Shown here piece by piece: positions 62,691 to 64,000 of a stretch of DNA of 64,000 bases. Origin of the DNA: Bdellovibrionota bacterium (GTDB lineage: Bacteria > Bdellovibrionota > UBA2428); NCBI GenBank assembly GCA_964202055.1, contig CAXNGS010000001.1:224186-288185 (forward strand). The letters are read 5' to 3'. Made by a program: the position numbers and the translations under genes. Under the pieces are notes generated by a model. The model had not been told where the DNA came from, did no database searches, and was given only the letters and a program-made list of their open reading frames with translations. Numbering within the stretch: position 1 is the first letter of the stretch; every line of letters begins with the position of its first letter.

Positions 62691-63176
62691 ATGCATAGCG
62701 TCAAAAAGAGATCTCAGAACCTTTTGGGAAAGCTAAGTTTGCTCGTGCTTTGGGCTGGCTCAACTTTAGCAGTGGCTCAAGAAATTCCCTGTGCAAGCGA
62801 TATGACGGTGTCTGAATTGCCTTCGCTTTATTTTGTAGTGGATCCGCAATGGGAGCATTCGCAACGGAGTTTATTTGCGGCCAGCAATATCAACGGGTGG
62901 GTTGAGGGCGAATTGAGTCAATGGCGTTTACGATTCAATCATTTGGCTCCGGGCTTGGGGCTGGCCTTTGACATATTATATGTAAAAACCGAGGTCCTTG
63001 ATCCCGATGGGAACGTGGTTAATTCTTTAAGCGCAAATTTTCCGTCCGATCAGGAATGTTTTTTGCTGAGCATTTTTCCAGGTGGCAGCACCAAGAGTTT
63101 TGATCTTTCAAAATCATTGCTTGGATTAAAGTCGCGGGCTCGAATGCGAGTTCGGGTTTTTGTTCCGCGCTACTGA
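62691..63176 (+). CDS. secreted hypothetical protein
   Basis: GAAGGA RBS 7 nt before ATG 62691. Signal peptide LGKLSLLVLWAGSTLAVAQE. No family recognised. Confidence 0.5.
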   Translation: MHSVKKRSQNLLGKLSLLVLWAGSTLAVAQEIPCASDMTVSELPSLYFVVDPQWEHSQRSLFAASNINGWVEGELSQWRLRFNHLAPGLGLAFDILYVKTEVLDPDGNVVNSLSANFPSDQECFLLSIFPGGSTKSFDLSKSLLGLKSRARMRVRVFVPRY

Positions 63177-64000
63177 TAATCCGCATTTCCACGACGGACG
63201 CTTAATCGAACTCCGGCATCTTCAGCAGTCATCACCACAAAGCTCCATTCAATCGCTAATTCTTGATTTCCGGCCAACAATCCTGAAGGTGGGTTGGGAA
63301 AGGGCGCAGCAGCGCGGAAGGCTTCGAGCGCGGCGCGATCGAGTTCGTGGTATCCCGACGTGCCCAATAAATCAGCGCGCAGCAGTGATCCATCGGGTTT
63401 TAAAAACACTCGAAGTCGTGTGATGCGATCGCCGCTGATTTGTCTGACTCCTTGAGATATTAAAGATTCGAAACCAGTTTTTAGCCGGCTTTCCCATTGG
63501 AAAGACAACTTTTGACGAATGCGTTCGTAAAAACTGTAGTACTTGAATTCTTGAGTGTTCAGCAGGGTATTGGCCCCGATCGCGACGTCTGGCAAATAAT
63601 CGTTGGTCGCCGAGAAACCCTGACCACTTTTTTCGGGCGAGGGGATTGAGGCGGTTTTTCGGCCGCCTGCTGTGCCTTCTTTGGTCGGGGCAGCTTCCAT
63701 TGGCAAATTAAACAAATTTTGTACTAGTTGTTCGCTTTTTTCTTCGGCACTCGCGGGGCGACGATCACTTTTTTGTTGGGGCGAAGTGATTCCTTCTTCT
63801 CGAACGTTTTTAAAAATTCCAACCCGACCGGCTCGAGTGTTTTGATCGACTACATTTTTAGCTTGGGATTTGAATACTTTTTGGCTCAGTGGGGCCACTA
63901 AATTAGGATCGGACTTCAAGTCATCGCTTTGCACAATTTGTTCGGTCTTTTGGGTCTTTTGCATTTTTTGCAAAAGCTTGAAATCGTTTTCGCTGAGTGT
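63170..64000 (-). CDS. TonB C-terminal-domain protein (5' end probably beyond the window)
   Basis: C-terminus RITRLRVFLKPDGSLLRADLLGTSGYHELDRAALEAFRAAAPFPNPP is TonB_C-like. The frame stays open to the window end, and no N-terminal TM is present in the visible part. Confidence 0.65.
   Translation of the reverse strand, partial: TLSENDFKLLQKMQKTQKTEQIVQSDDLKSDPNLVAPLSQKVFKSQAKNVVDQNTRAGRVGIFKNVREEGITSPQQKSDRRPASAEEKSEQLVQNLFNLPMEAAPTKEGTAGGRKTASIPSPEKSGQGFSATNDYLPDVAIGANTLLNTQEFKYYSFYERIRQKLSFQWESRLKTGFESLISQGVRQISGDRITRLRVFLKPDGSLLRADLLGTSGYHELDRAALEAFRAAAPFPNPPSGLLAGNQELAIEWSFVVMTAEDAGVRLSVRRGNADYQ

Overview
This is a 64-kb, tightly packed chromosomal window from a Gram-negative bacterium. 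I call about 55 protein genes. I recognised no rRNA, tRNA, CRISPR array, transposase or integrase.

Lineage (inference only, no search run): the gene content suggests a Bdellovibrio-like/Oligoflexia-type or related organism. The pointers are many lipoproteins and secreted hypotheticals, Planctomycete-type CxxCH/DUF1501-like genes, and AddAB.

Housekeeping anchors: ftsY, mutS, mreB, rpsA, sppA, a HIT protein, an RsmB-type methyltransferase, ald, a GT2 polyprenol-phosphate glycosyltransferase, addB-addA and a partial TonB-like gene.

Accessory content worth attention:
1. 0.9-5.2 kb: an operon of FAD-oxidoreductase, DUF1365 and two CFA-synthase-like methyltransferases.
2. 8-11 kb: a sigma54-type two-component pair, divergent from a 658-aa Gly/Trp/Cys low-complexity secreted protein at 11.2-13.2 kb.
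3. 14.8-24.8 kb: an envelope cluster of CxxCH heme-motif lipoproteins, a Tat-exported DUF1501-like protein and two beta-barrels. Its function is unknown, and it is my best candidate for an undescribed system.
4. 46-50.3 kb: a pilin-less secretin/ATPase/platform module behind a REC-HisKA protein.
5. 52.6-54.4 kb: a CPBP intramembrane protease reading in frame into an S8 subtilase, interrupted by a single TAA.
6. 54.4-55.6 kb: an SGNH-like gene frameshifted at a T-run.
7. 43.0-43.3 kb: a GC-rich structured intergenic element ending in a strong terminator.

All family assignments rest on motifs read by eye from the translations. No database search or numerical computation was possible.
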